Source: a virus
DNA length: 64,000 nucleotides
IMG/VR virus record: IMGVR_UViG_3300045942_000110
Reading direction: 5' to 3' (one strand)
In this document: in pieces, positions 16,600 to 25,942 of the stretch
Layout: each line of letters begins with the position of its first letter
Numbering within the stretch: the first letter of the stretch is position 1
The notes under the pieces: model-generated
What the model saw: the letters and a program-made list of their open reading frames with translations, nothing else
What the model was told of the DNA's origin: nothing
Database searches by the model: none
Position numbers and translations under genes: made by a program

Positions 16600-18378
16600 G
16601 TGAGCGACGACGTAAAGCCCAAGACGGTGTTCATCCCCGGGGGACCGGAGCGGTTCCCTCACCAGAAACGAGGACTCAAGAAGATCATCGAGACCCGCGG
16701 CGTCTGTGCGCTGCTGTTCGACCCGGGTCTCGGCAAGACGGCGACCACGCTGGACTTCGCCTCTCTGCTGGCGCTGAAGGCGCCGCACGTGCTCGACAGC
16801 TTCGGCCGGCAGGTCCGAGAGGCACGAATCCTGGTCGTGGCTCCGCTGGCGGCCGTCGATACGTGGGTGCTGCAGAGCGATCTGTGGGTGAGCCCGCAGG
16901 TCGACTTCTGGGCCGAGGCGTTGGGCGGAACCATCCAGCAGCGCGCGGAGGCGATTGCGTCTCGCGGCGGCCAGCCGTTCCGCCCGAAGAAGGGCGCACG
17001 GAAGAACCCCTACGCGAAGCGAGCGCTGCACGTGGACAAGTCGTTCGCCTGGTCGGCGCGGTCCGAGGGTCGTTCGTCCGATCGGCCGATCACCCGGTCC
17101 GAGGGTCCCGACGGCCTGGGCGATCGCCCGCGCATCGTGCTGATCGCGACGAACTTCGACACGTTCGCGTCACGCCAGCAGGTGAAGGGCATGTCGAAGC
17201 CGATGTCGGACCACCTGCTCGACGCGGTGCGGCGGTTCAACCCCGACCTTTTGGTCGTCGACGAGATGCACAAGATCAAGGGCCCGACCTCGAACACGGG
17301 CCGACTCCTCGGACGCGTCGCAGAGTACGTGCCACGCCGGATCGGTCTCACGGGCACGCCGATGCCGAACGGTCCGCTCGACATCTTCGGTCAGTGGCGG
17401 TTCCTCGAGCCGTTCGCGTTTGGTGATCTGGCGGTCGACGGCTCGCGGAAGCGGGCGACGTTCGGGGCGTTCAAGGACAAGTACGCGGTGATGGGCGGCT
17501 ACATGGGCCGTGAGGTGAAGGGCTTCCGCAACCTCGACGAGATGCAGTCGATCATGAGCACGAACTCGTCGGTGGCGCGCAAGCGGGACGAGCTGAAGTT
17601 CCTCCCGCCCGACCAGGACACCGAGGTCATGATCCTGCTGAACCCGCGGGAGCTGAAGGCGTACAACGACATGAAGAAGGGCCTGGCGACGAAGCTGACG
17701 TCGGGCAACGGGGTCCAGAACGACGCTACGGCGGGCAGCCGGCTGACGCAGATGCTGCGGCTGCGGCAGATCACCGCCGGTCATCTCCCGGACGACAACG
17801 GCAACCTGCACCTGCTGGGTACCTCGAAGGTGGACGCCATCCAGTCCCTCGTGCACGACACCCTCGTGGGTGAGGATCGCGTGGTGGTGTTCTGCTACTT
17901 CAAGGAGGAGGTCGCTCAGCTGCGGACGAAGCTGGCCGACAAGCAGACGGAGATCATGGTCGTCGACGGAGAGACGCCGAGCACGGAGCGTCTGACGATG
18001 CGACAGCGATTCGGCGATCGGTCGGTGAAGCAGCGGATCGTGATGATCGCTCAGATCCGCACGATGAGCCTGGCTGTCAACGAGCTGGTGACCGCCTCGA
18101 ACGCGGTGTTCGCCAGCCTTCCGCAGACGCGTGACGACATCGTGCAGGCGCGCGACCGGCTGAACCGCATCGGTCAGACGCTGCCGACGACGTTCTGGTT
18201 CGTACTGGCGCCGGGCACGGTCGACACGGTGATCTATCGCTCCTACAAGGACAAGACCTCCCTCGAGGAGGCCGTGCTCGCGCACATTCTCGACCTCGAT
18301 CCGTCGACGGAGAGCGAGAAGCTGGAGTTCCAGCCGATACCCACCGACATCGACGAGCTGGTTGGAGCGGACGCGTGA
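16600..18378 (+). CDS. SNF2/DEAD-like helicase
   Basis: LFDPGLGKT (motif I), VVDEMHKIK (motif II) and QARDRLNRIGQ (motif VI). Confidence 0.85.
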   Translation: MSDDVKPKTVFIPGGPERFPHQKRGLKKIIETRGVCALLFDPGLGKTATTLDFASLLALKAPHVLDSFGRQVREARILVVAPLAAVDTWVLQSDLWVSPQVDFWAEALGGTIQQRAEAIASRGGQPFRPKKGARKNPYAKRALHVDKSFAWSARSEGRSSDRPITRSEGPDGLGDRPRIVLIATNFDTFASRQQVKGMSKPMSDHLLDAVRRFNPDLLVVDEMHKIKGPTSNTGRLLGRVAEYVPRRIGLTGTPMPNGPLDIFGQWRFLEPFAFGDLAVDGSRKRATFGAFKDKYAVMGGYMGREVKGFRNLDEMQSIMSTNSSVARKRDELKFLPPDQDTEVMILLNPRELKAYNDMKKGLATKLTSGNGVQNDATAGSRLTQMLRLRQITAGHLPDDNGNLHLLGTSKVDAIQSLVHDTLVGEDRVVVFCYFKEEVAQLRTKLADKQTEIMVVDGETPSTERLTMRQRFGDRSVKQRIVMIAQIRTMSLAVNELVTASNAVFASLPQTRDDIVQARDRLNRIGQTLPTTFWFVLAPGTVDTVIYRSYKDKTSLEEAVLAHILDLDPSTESEKLEFQPIPTDIDELVGADA

Positions 18379-18707
18379 TTCCCGCAGGACAGAGAGTGAT
18401 CAGCGGCATCGAGCCGCACGGCAACGACGAGCAGGGTCGGCCTCAGTGGCGGGCCTACGTCGGTAGTCGCTGGGCGTGGAAGTACATCGTGATCAGCGAC
18501 GAGCTGGCGCGTGAGATGTACCCGATCCTCCAGTTCGAGGAGCGTCTGGTCGTGCCGATTCCCGACACGTTCGAGGTGCACCTCGTGCCGACGGAGAACC
18601 GCCTCGACGACGCCGACACGGCCAAGGAGCGGTTCTACCGCATCGAGGCGCTCATGAAGCGGCCGGCCGGCACGCCGTTCGAGGAGGCTGACCTCGGTGG
18701 TATCTGA
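18375..18707 (+). CDS. hypothetical protein
   Basis: GTGA overlap with the helicase stop. Confidence 0.6.
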   Translation: MIPAGQRVISGIEPHGNDEQGRPQWRAYVGSRWAWKYIVISDELAREMYPILQFEERLVVPIPDTFEVHLVPTENRLDDADTAKERFYRIEALMKRPAGTPFEEADLGGI

Positions 18708-19011
18708 GCTGTACATCTGCGACCACGTCGACGTCGGAGACGACGGCATCGAGAGGATGTGCGGCAAGGAGTACAGCACGCCCCGAGCTCTGGCGATTCA
18801 TCGGGCGGCGCACGACCGGCAGAAGGTGAAGTGCCCGAAGTGCGGCCGCCCGGTGATGTACCTCGAGACGCACATGGCGAAGGTCCACCAGATCGACACC
18901 GAGGCCGTGCGCTCCGTCGTGCACGACCTGATCGACGAGTTCGTGCGGCTGACGCGCGAGGTCGAACGACTTCGGGCGGAAAATATCCGCCTCCGACAGC
19001 AGCAGAACTAA
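18697..19011 (+). CDS. C2H2-type zinc-finger protein with C-terminal coiled coil
   Basis: CGKEYSTPRALAIHRAAH and CPKCGRPVMYLETHMAKVH. Confidence 0.65.
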   Translation: MVSELYICDHVDVGDDGIERMCGKEYSTPRALAIHRAAHDRQKVKCPKCGRPVMYLETHMAKVHQIDTEAVRSVVHDLIDEFVRLTREVERLRAENIRLRQQQN

Positions 19012-19015
19012 TTCA

Positions 19016-19090
19016 TTCCTCTCCTCTTTCCTCTCTCTCCCTTTCTATAGAAAGGGAGAGGAGAGAGGGAAAGGAGAAAGAGAGAAGAGA
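19016..19090 (+). repeat. polypyrimidine/polypurine inverted repeat (long hairpin), copy 1
   Basis: The CT-only arm ttcctctcctctttcctctctctccctttc pairs, around a tata loop, with the AG-only arm gaaagggagaggagagagggaaaggagaaag. It lies between stop 19011 and ATG 19096. Confidence 0.8.
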
Positions 19091-19095
19091 GACAG

Positions 19096-20493
19096 ATGGC
19101 AGACGAACAGCCGGGTCGCGAAGACTTCTACGACCACGACGGCGAGAAGGTCCAGGCTCACTACAGCAGCCTCACGCTGCACCGGAAGTGCCCGCAGGCG
19201 TGGCTCTACCGCTATGGCCTGGGCATCCGGCAGAAGCCCGATGGGCAGCCGATGCCCTACCTGCACGCGGGCAGTTGGTGGGGAGCGCTGCGCGCCGCCG
19301 ACATCTTCGAGCGCGGGCGCGCGCTGGACTCGATCCTGTGGGAGCTGGTGCGCCCGTTCAAGGGCGTCGACACGATGGGTGACGGTTCGGCGGCGCCGAA
19401 GTTCGATCCGAAGACGGTCACGCGGAAGGACGTCCTCCGAGCGGCTCAGCTGTGGTGGAAGTCGCTGGTCCAGGAGCACCGCGACGAGTTCGTCGAGAAG
19501 ATCGGCAAGGAGCTGGTCCCGCACCTGATCTACACGTTCCAGCAGTGGCGCGATCGGTACGCCGAGGAGATCAAGTACGAGCGCCCGCTCGGCGCCGAGG
19601 TGTTCTGGAAGAGGGAGCTGCCGCGGCCGGAGGCCGACGCGATGTTCAACGTGGGCGAGGGTGAGATGCCGCGTATCTTTCTGCTGGGCTACATCGACGA
19701 GCTGTACTACGACAGCGCGCGTGAGATGTTCGTGGTCCGCGACCACAAGTTCAACAGCTCGCTCGGGATCAATACCGCGTTCGACGACATGATGGACAGC
19801 CAGCTGCAGCTGTACGCGTGGGGCATCAACAGCAAGCTGCACTCGCTCGGCATCCCGCCGGTGCGCGCGGTGGCGTACGACCGTGCTCGATCGGTGGCTC
19901 CGAAGCCGCCGAGCCTGACGACGGCCGGCAAGCTGGCATCCCGTCTCGGCGAGCCCTCGGTGAACTCGTCGGACCTGCGGACGTACCTCGAGTGGGCCAA
20001 CGGCGAGGACGGTGAGGGTCGACCTTGGCGCGGGGCGGCCTATCCTCGGAATGCTGCGGAGAAGGCGGATCCCAACCTGCCGACGCGGTACAAGGAGGGC
20101 GGCATCTACAAGCCCGAGGACGCGATCATCGAGAAGCTGTCGTCGGCCGGCCAGGTGGCGCAGTGGTTCCAGCGCAAGCTGATGCCGCTGAACAGCCACA
20201 TCGTCGACGCGCACCTGCGATCGGCGATCGACTCGGCGACGGACATCTGGCGCACCGAGCGACGGGCGGAGGTAACGGCCGAGGCGGGCCGGAACCTCAC
20301 GAAGTCCGGCTGCCGGTTCTGCGACTACCAGCTGCTCTGTCAGGCGCAGCTGCGCGGCGGCGCGCGCGGGGTGTACGACCTGCCGGAGTTCGGCCTTCTC
20401 GGGAAGGACAAGGCCGAGGTGCTGGCCGACGGGAAGATCATTCCGTTCGAGGAGCCGGAAGAGAGCCCGGAGTACGTGTCCGAGCTGGTGTAG
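19096..20493 (+). CDS. PD-(D/E)XK exonuclease, Cas4/RecB-like
   Basis: GYIDELYYD...VVRDHKF nuclease core and a C-terminal Cys cluster CRFCDYQLLC. Confidence 0.8.
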   Translation: MADEQPGREDFYDHDGEKVQAHYSSLTLHRKCPQAWLYRYGLGIRQKPDGQPMPYLHAGSWWGALRAADIFERGRALDSILWELVRPFKGVDTMGDGSAAPKFDPKTVTRKDVLRAAQLWWKSLVQEHRDEFVEKIGKELVPHLIYTFQQWRDRYAEEIKYERPLGAEVFWKRELPRPEADAMFNVGEGEMPRIFLLGYIDELYYDSAREMFVVRDHKFNSSLGINTAFDDMMDSQLQLYAWGINSKLHSLGIPPVRAVAYDRARSVAPKPPSLTTAGKLASRLGEPSVNSSDLRTYLEWANGEDGEGRPWRGAAYPRNAAEKADPNLPTRYKEGGIYKPEDAIIEKLSSAGQVAQWFQRKLMPLNSHIVDAHLRSAIDSATDIWRTERRAEVTAEAGRNLTKSGCRFCDYQLLCQAQLRGGARGVYDLPEFGLLGKDKAEVLADGKIIPFEEPEESPEYVSELV

Positions 20494-20646
20494 CCACACA
20501 ATCGGCGTGGACATCGACAGAAGAACGAGGGCTAGCGCGCTGGATGGTTGGGCGCGTATGCGTCAAGATGGCCCTCGTCGCCGATCACGGGTCCGGGGAA
20601 GTCTCGTCAACTTCCTCGGGCCCGCGTCCTTCCCGGGAACGAATCC

Positions 20647-20666
20647 GTGCTACACTTGTACTACGG
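20647..20666 (+). promoter_or_regulatory. class-1 promoter-like motif, copy C
   Basis: gtgctacacttgtactacgg, 48 nt before ATG 20714. Confidence 0.6.
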
Positions 20667-20713
20667 CAGGGAGGAAGGGCCTCACCGCCGTGCAACGACC
20701 TGGGGAGGTCATC

Positions 20714-21025
20714 ATGAGCACGAACGAAGAGATCCTCGAGCGCGCGCAAGTCGCAGCACTTCGCGACATCCGCTACGCGGCACAGACGCTGCGCAGCGAG
20801 TTGGCGGGGGCACAGCGCGACATCGCACACGCGATCGTCTCGATGGAGCAGGGTAACTTGCCGGCCGGCTCGCGTAGCTCGGGACCGATCGGGCATCAGC
20901 GGCCGTTCGACGTCACGAAGGCCAGCGTCCAGCTGGACACCGCGCGCGCGTGGGCACAGAGCCTGCGCTGCACGCACGAGCAGATCGAAGAGGCGTACGC
21001 CGCCGGTGTGAAGGCGGGTGCCTGA
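20714..21025 (+). CDS. hypothetical helical protein
   Basis: ggggagg SD 6 nt upstream of the ATG. Confidence 0.7.
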   Translation: MSTNEEILERAQVAALRDIRYAAQTLRSELAGAQRDIAHAIVSMEQGNLPAGSRSSGPIGHQRPFDVTKASVQLDTARAWAQSLRCTHEQIEEAYAAGVKAGA

Positions 21026-21231
21026 TGGTCGTGCTCGACTGGCTCATGGACAACTGGCTGATCATCGTCTGCTGGGCGCTGTCGGTGATGCTGATCGCCG
21101 GCATGTCGTACGGCCTCGGCTATCGCGACGCTCAGCGTGACGAGCGCCGTACCGCACGCACCGCGCTGATCCGCGCGCGGGCGGGCGCGCACCCCGACCA
21201 ATACGAAACGTCCCTCAGGTCCGATACCTGA
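21025..21231 (+). CDS. small membrane protein
   Basis: TGATG coupling. One TM helix, WLIIVCWALSVMLIAGMSYGL. Confidence 0.65.
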   Translation: MVVLDWLMDNWLIIVCWALSVMLIAGMSYGLGYRDAQRDERRTARTALIRARAGAHPDQYETSLRSDT

Positions 21232-21234
21232 GGG
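21212..21234 (+). terminator. stem-loop overlapping stop codon
   Basis: 9-bp stem ccctcaggt / acctgaggg with a 5-nt loop. No T tract follows. Confidence 0.45.
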
Positions 21235-21262
21235 CTGCACTAGGGCACCCCCACAGCCTGGA

Positions 21263-21392
21263 TTGTGCGGGTCGCTACTCTCTCTTCCCCGTGAGAGTGG
21301 CGGTCCGGGCCTACCCAGCCCCTGTCGCCCTTCGACAGCTGCACTGAGTGTGCGGGCCGCTTCCAGTTCCCCCTGGAGGCGGTTCGGGCTTT
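21263..21392 (+). repeat. two paralogous ~45-nt hairpins in a 212-bp untranslated gap
   Basis: Unit 1 spans 21263-21312 and unit 2 spans 21347-21392. Both share the flanks tgtgcggg.cgc and gcggt.cgggc around 10-bp stems extendable to about 14 bp. Confidence 0.6.
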
Positions 21393-21442
21393 CAGTCCCA
21401 CGACGCCGCGCAGGGCGAGCGTCAGGAAGGAACACCACCACC

Positions 21443-21838
21443 ATGTCCGACGACACCCCGAAGACCGAGACGGCTTCCCCGCCGCTCTTCGAGCTGTACA
21501 TCACGTTCGGCCAGAAGTACGCGCCCGAGGGCTCGACCGACTGGCTCTACTCGGAGGAGAACCGACACCCGCTCGGGATGCACCGCGACGGCTACGCCGT
21601 CATCGAAGCGCCGAACTACGCGATCGCGCGAGGCATCGCGAACGCGGTGTTCGGTCAGCAGTTCGCGTTCGATTACCCGGCCGACAACTGGGACGCCGAG
21701 CAGAACGCGCAGATGGGCTGGTACACCGCCGGCGAGCTGCTCCGGATTGAGTGGGTCAACACCGACCGCCTTCAGGCTCGGAAGCAGCTGATGGAGACCG
21801 CTGAGCGCGTCGGTCGAGAGTCGGGAGTGATCCGATGA
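21443..21838 (+). CDS. hypothetical protein
   Basis: ATG after the aggaagg SD. The upstream part of track ORF 21263-21838 runs through the hairpins. Confidence 0.7.
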   Translation: MSDDTPKTETASPPLFELYITFGQKYAPEGSTDWLYSEENRHPLGMHRDGYAVIEAPNYAIARGIANAVFGQQFAFDYPADNWDAEQNAQMGWYTAGELLRIEWVNTDRLQARKQLMETAERVGRESGVIR

Positions 21839-22179
21839 GCCTCCCCGTCCTGGTCAAGGCCGCTCGCACGTTCCTCCAGCAGGACGCCAAGCGTCGTTCG
21901 CGGCCGCTGCTCACACCCGCAGAGAAGGGTCGTCTGAGCCTCGAGCTGAACGCTATCGAGGGTGGTGGCGTGCCAAGTGACGCGATCATGTCGCGCGTGC
22001 GCCGCGGCGATCTGGCCGCGAGCATCGCCGGTTACAACGACACGTTCGACGAGGTGGCAGCCAACGTCATCGCCGACATCCTGCACGCCGCTGAGGCGCG
22101 CGGTCAGAACCCTCTCCAGATCGTCGCTCGTGCGCGGTCGTACTACTTCCAGGAAGCTCCGAAGGAGGCCATCTCGTGA
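21835..22179 (+). CDS. hypothetical protein
   Basis: ATGA coupling. Confidence 0.65.
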   Translation: MSLPVLVKAARTFLQQDAKRRSRPLLTPAEKGRLSLELNAIEGGGVPSDAIMSRVRRGDLAASIAGYNDTFDEVAANVIADILHAAEARGQNPLQIVARARSYYFQEAPKEAIS

Positions 22180-22529
22180 ACCGCAAGACCATCATCGAGA
22201 TCGACGGCGTCGAGTACGAAGCTCAGGAGGCCGTCGTCTACGAGGCCCACCTCGGTCTTGAGCCCGACCACGGCATCTTCACGATCAACATCGACTTCCG
22301 AGGCGTGGCGAGCGGCTGGGGTCAGGGCACGGGACACTACGCCCAGAACGAAGCGTCGCTCTACCGCTGGGTGAAGGAGCTGACGAACCTCCTCGGGCCC
22401 TGGCAGCAGATGAAGGGTCGCGAGGTGTGGGTGCTGCGCACCTCGTACAGCGGTCCGATCGTGGGCCTGGCTTCCAAGAACTCCAGCGACTACGTCATGA
22501 TCGCCGACCTCGCGAAGAGTGACAGCTGA
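22176..22529 (+). CDS. hypothetical protein
   Basis: GTGA coupling. Confidence 0.65.
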   Translation: MNRKTIIEIDGVEYEAQEAVVYEAHLGLEPDHGIFTINIDFRGVASGWGQGTGHYAQNEASLYRWVKELTNLLGPWQQMKGREVWVLRTSYSGPIVGLASKNSSDYVMIADLAKSDS

Positions 22530-23071
22530 TGGGCTCGCACATGTTCCTCGCGGCCGTCGAGGTCCCGCGTTACGAGCCCGAGTGCTTTGCGTTGTTGAGC
22601 CAAGTGCATCCGCGCTCCGACGGTCCTGGCGAGACGGCGGAGTCGCGCAGCGACACCGACCTGATGAAGCTGCTGCGCACGGTCATGCACGTCCGGGTCC
22701 GCGAGTGGGAGTCCGAGCTCGAGGATCACGAGGTGCAGGACCTGGGCGAGGAGTTCCTGGACTGGTACTCCACCGACGGCAGCGTGCTGGACGAGGACAT
22801 GGAGGGCCTGCGCACGATCCTGCGCAACCGCGTCATGCAGGCGCTGCAGACCACGTTCCTCCAGCGCAACACCGAGACGGTGGAGATCGACCTGAACGGC
22901 AAGCTCTACGCCTTCACCGGTGGCCTCTCCTCGGGAGACACTCCCACCGACTCGTACCTGCCGATGCAGCTGCTCGAGCGCTCGGAGATCACCCGCAAGG
23001 AAGTCACGCTCTCGGAGGCCGAGGCCGCGTGGGCGCAGATGAAGGCCGAGAAGGCGAAGGAGCGGGCATGA
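22529..23071 (+). CDS. hypothetical acidic protein
   Basis: TGATG coupling. Confidence 0.65.
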   Translation: MGSHMFLAAVEVPRYEPECFALLSQVHPRSDGPGETAESRSDTDLMKLLRTVMHVRVREWESELEDHEVQDLGEEFLDWYSTDGSVLDEDMEGLRTILRNRVMQALQTTFLQRNTETVEIDLNGKLYAFTGGLSSGDTPTDSYLPMQLLERSEITRKEVTLSEAEAAWAQMKAEKAKERA

Positions 23072-23583
23072 CCGGCAAGAAGTCCGACGAGGAGATCATC
23101 CAGCAGGGTCTGGAGGTCTTCGGGCTCAACATCTCGATGGATGCCACGGCTGTGACGGACGCGGTGAGGTCGGCGTTGTGGCGCGTGCTCACCGAGGGCT
23201 TGAAGGTCGCGAACGGCGCGCGTGAGCGCAGCCTGGAGGCAATCGACGCGCTCAGCTACGTCGACGACAGCACGGACGCGCACGAGATGGCTCACAAGAC
23301 GATCCAGATTCTCCAGGGCGTCGAGCTGACCGATTTCGAGTACGAGAGCGCCGACAACGACGAGGACATCGCCGACAACCCGTACCCGCGGCCGCCGATG
23401 GTCGGCGACGTCGTGGAGAACATCGTCGTCTCGGGTCTGGATTGGCGTGAGGTCGTTGCTGTGTCCGAGCACTCGCTGGTGCTGGCCCTGCCCGGCACAG
23501 ACCTCAACGACATCTCGACCTGGGCCTGGCTGCCGATCGACCGCTTCGCGGTCCGCATCCCGCGCACGAGGACTCAGCAGTGA
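23068..23583 (+). CDS. hypothetical protein
   Basis: ATGA coupling. Internal ATG of track ORF 22519-23583. Confidence 0.65.
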   Translation: MTGKKSDEEIIQQGLEVFGLNISMDATAVTDAVRSALWRVLTEGLKVANGARERSLEAIDALSYVDDSTDAHEMAHKTIQILQGVELTDFEYESADNDEDIADNPYPRPPMVGDVVENIVVSGLDWREVVAVSEHSLVLALPGTDLNDISTWAWLPIDRFAVRIPRTRTQQ

Positions 23584-23828
23584 GCGTCTCCGGCGAGGCC
23601 CAGGTGCCTCCCCTCGAGGAGCGCCTGCGGAACTACGTCATGGTCCGCAAGGCCACCGTGGCGGAGTCTGAGCGCGTCTCGAGAGCGATCCACGAGAAGT
23701 TCCCCGAGGGCGCCGAGACGTCTGAGTTGGATGCCGCTGTGCGCGCGCAGAAGCACATCTTCGGAGAGCTTGACCGGCTGCTGGCCGGCGAGGAGGTCGT
23801 GAAAGTGGCAGGAGGCAAGCGTGACTGA
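23580..23828 (+). CDS. hypothetical protein
   Basis: GTGA coupling. Confidence 0.55.
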   Translation: MSVSGEAQVPPLEERLRNYVMVRKATVAESERVSRAIHEKFPEGAETSELDAAVRAQKHIFGELDRLLAGEEVVKVAGGKRD

Positions 23829-24252
23829 TCAGGACACCGTGCAGGGCGTGCACATGCCCGAGAGCACGAAGCTGCTTGCGGTAGCAGCGACGAGCCAGCA
23901 GATCGGTGAGTTCCTTGACTGGGCCAGCCAGCAGAACGCTCAGCTGATGACCTACGTCGAGCGCGACTACGAAGAGGTGTGCATCGGCGAGCTTTTCTCG
24001 GCAGGTTGCGACGGCGGCAAGAAGGTCGTGGACTTCGGTCCGAACTCCACGTTGAGCCCGTACACCTCGGAGATGACCTGCCGTCACTGCGGCGGCACGG
24101 GTACCGTGGTGAAGCACTTCGAGGGCTGGGAGCCGATGTTCCCGAGCATCGAGCGCGCGCTGGCGTCGTTCTTCGATATCGACCTGGCGGCCGTCGATCG
24201 GGAGCGTGCCGAGCTGCTCAAGGCCGTTCAGGAACAGGCGGCACGAGCATGA
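23821..24252 (+). CDS. hypothetical protein with CxxCGGTG motif
   Basis: GTG start overlapping the upstream gene by 8 nt. Contains CRHCGGTG. Confidence 0.6.
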   Translation: MTDQDTVQGVHMPESTKLLAVAATSQQIGEFLDWASQQNAQLMTYVERDYEEVCIGELFSAGCDGGKKVVDFGPNSTLSPYTSEMTCRHCGGTGTVVKHFEGWEPMFPSIERALASFFDIDLAAVDRERAELLKAVQEQAARA

Positions 24253-24641
24253 AGCGGAACTGGACGGGGGTGATCGCTCTCGAAGGTGTGCCGACGGTCG
24301 ATGATCGTCAGCTGAGGCCCGGAGGCATTGACTGGAAGTCGCGTCTTCCGAGGCCGTTGATGGGTGCGACTCATTCTGATCTCGAACAGTACGGCTGGCG
24401 TCCTGTGGGCAGCGTTCACAGCGTCATCGTCGACGAGGGCGTGGTCACGGCGCACGGTTACGTCGTGATTGACGACATCCCGGCCGGCGAGCACATGGTG
24501 GCGATCACCCTCGGAAGCACTGAAGTGTACGGGCGCGTGATGAGCGGTCAGTTCCTCTCCCTGCACCTGGTCGCCGAGGGCACGGAGCCCGCGTGGCCGT
24601 CGACGCGCATCACGATCGACGAGAACGGATCAGACGAATGA
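24249..24641 (+). CDS. hypothetical protein
   Basis: ATGA coupling. Confidence 0.6.
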   Translation: MKRNWTGVIALEGVPTVDDRQLRPGGIDWKSRLPRPLMGATHSDLEQYGWRPVGSVHSVIVDEGVVTAHGYVVIDDIPAGEHMVAITLGSTEVYGRVMSGQFLSLHLVAEGTEPAWPSTRITIDENGSDE

Positions 24642-25093
24642 CCCCGATTGATGGCTACACGACCACGGTCTCACCCGAGCGCACCTCCGAGCAAATCGCG
24701 AAGCTGCTGCGTCAGTACGGCGTCACCTCGGTGGTGACCATGTACGCACCGAGCATCGGCGGACCGTCGACGGCCGTGGGCATGCTGTTCACGCTGCCGA
24801 CGAAGTGGGGCCCTCGAGAGTTCAGCCTGCCGATCCGCGCAGAGGGCGTCTTGGAGACGCTGAAGCGCGACAAGGTCGCGAAGGCTCACCAGACCATTCA
24901 CCAGGCCCGACGGGTCGCGTGGCGCATCGCCCTGAAGTGGATCCAGGCGCAGCTGGCGCTGGTCGATGCCGGCGGCGTGGACGTGGCCGAGGTCTTCTTC
25001 CCGTACATCGTCGCCCAGTGGGACCAGAACACCGGGCGTCCCGTCACCTCCTACGAGGTCTACACCTCACAGCAGAAAGAGATCAGCGCATGA
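24638..25093 (+). CDS. hypothetical protein
   Basis: ATGA coupling. Confidence 0.65.
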   Translation: MTPIDGYTTTVSPERTSEQIAKLLRQYGVTSVVTMYAPSIGGPSTAVGMLFTLPTKWGPREFSLPIRAEGVLETLKRDKVAKAHQTIHQARRVAWRIALKWIQAQLALVDAGGVDVAEVFFPYIVAQWDQNTGRPVTSYEVYTSQQKEISA

Positions 25094-25572
25094 AGAACAA
25101 GCTGCAGAACGATGTCACCGCCTTCCACAAGGCGTTCGGGCATCCGGCGCCGGACGAGCCCGTGCTCGATCTCGACATCGCCGAGAGGTTTCTGCTGATC
25201 AACCGCGCGACGTGGATGATCGAGGAGGCCGTCGAGATGATCCAGGCCGCGATCGTCGGTGACCTCATCGGGGTGATCGACGCGCTCGCGGACTCGACCT
25301 ACTTCTCGGTCGGCGGGTTCGTCACCCTCGCGATGGACCTCGAGGACTTCTGGGACAACGTCCAGGCCGCGAACATGGACAAGCTCGGCGAGGACGGCAA
25401 GCCCGTGCCGCACCCGACGATCCCCGGCAAGATCGGCAAGCGCGAGGGCTGGGTGCCGCCCGAGGCGCGTCACAAGGCCGTCCTCGAAGAGCTGAAGGCC
25501 GAGCGGTTGCGCCAGATCGAGGCGTCGCGCCCTAAGGGCCCGAACGGGGACGCTGACGAGGTGGGTGACTGA
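25090..25572 (+). CDS. MazG-like nucleotide pyrophosphohydrolase
   Basis: Helical MazG-type pattern: FHKAFGHP, EEAVEMIQA and ALADSTYF acidic helices. Confidence 0.7.
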   Translation: MKNKLQNDVTAFHKAFGHPAPDEPVLDLDIAERFLLINRATWMIEEAVEMIQAAIVGDLIGVIDALADSTYFSVGGFVTLAMDLEDFWDNVQAANMDKLGEDGKPVPHPTIPGKIGKREGWVPPEARHKAVLEELKAERLRQIEASRPKGPNGDADEVGD

Positions 25573-25763
25573 TGGCACGCCTGGCCTACGGCTCGGCGGT
25601 CATCAAGGCGTCCAACGGCAAGGTGCTCGATGTCGAGGTGAAGTCGCTGAGCAACGCTCGCCAGGACGTCATCGACGGGTCCCGTCTCGTTCGAGAGGCC
25701 GCCGAGAAGGGCATCGAGCTTCCCTTCCGGCTGGCTGTCGTGCGCATCATCGAGGAGACGTGA
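25572..25763 (+). CDS. hypothetical protein
   Basis: TGATG coupling at both ends. Confidence 0.55.
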   Translation: MARLAYGSAVIKASNGKVLDVEVKSLSNARQDVIDGSRLVREAAEKGIELPFRLAVVRIIEET

Positions 25764-25942
25764 TGAGCGGGAAGAACCGCGCGGAGGACGCACCTATCTC
25801 GAAGACGGTCGAATGCCCGGTCTGCATGGCGGCCGTCGGCCAGCCCTGCACGAACGCCACGAACACCAGTCGGCGTGAGGTGAAGTGGTTCCACCTGAAG
25901 CGCACGACCGCGGCGATGGAGATGCTCGAGGATCGGTTCTGA
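25763..25942 (+). CDS. small zinc-finger-like protein (59 aa)
   Basis: Contains CPVCMAAVGQPC. TGATG coupling. Confidence 0.55.
   Translation: MSGKNRAEDAPISKTVECPVCMAAVGQPCTNATNTSRREVKWFHLKRTTAAMEMLEDRF

Noticed and set aside
20493-20646. Possible small gene or ncRNA in the 220-bp gap after the Cas4-like gene
   Set aside because: Only modest hairpins are present (acgagggc...gccctcgt, ggaagt/acttcc) and there is no coupled short ORF with protein-like composition. This most likely represents a terminator region preceding promoter copy C.
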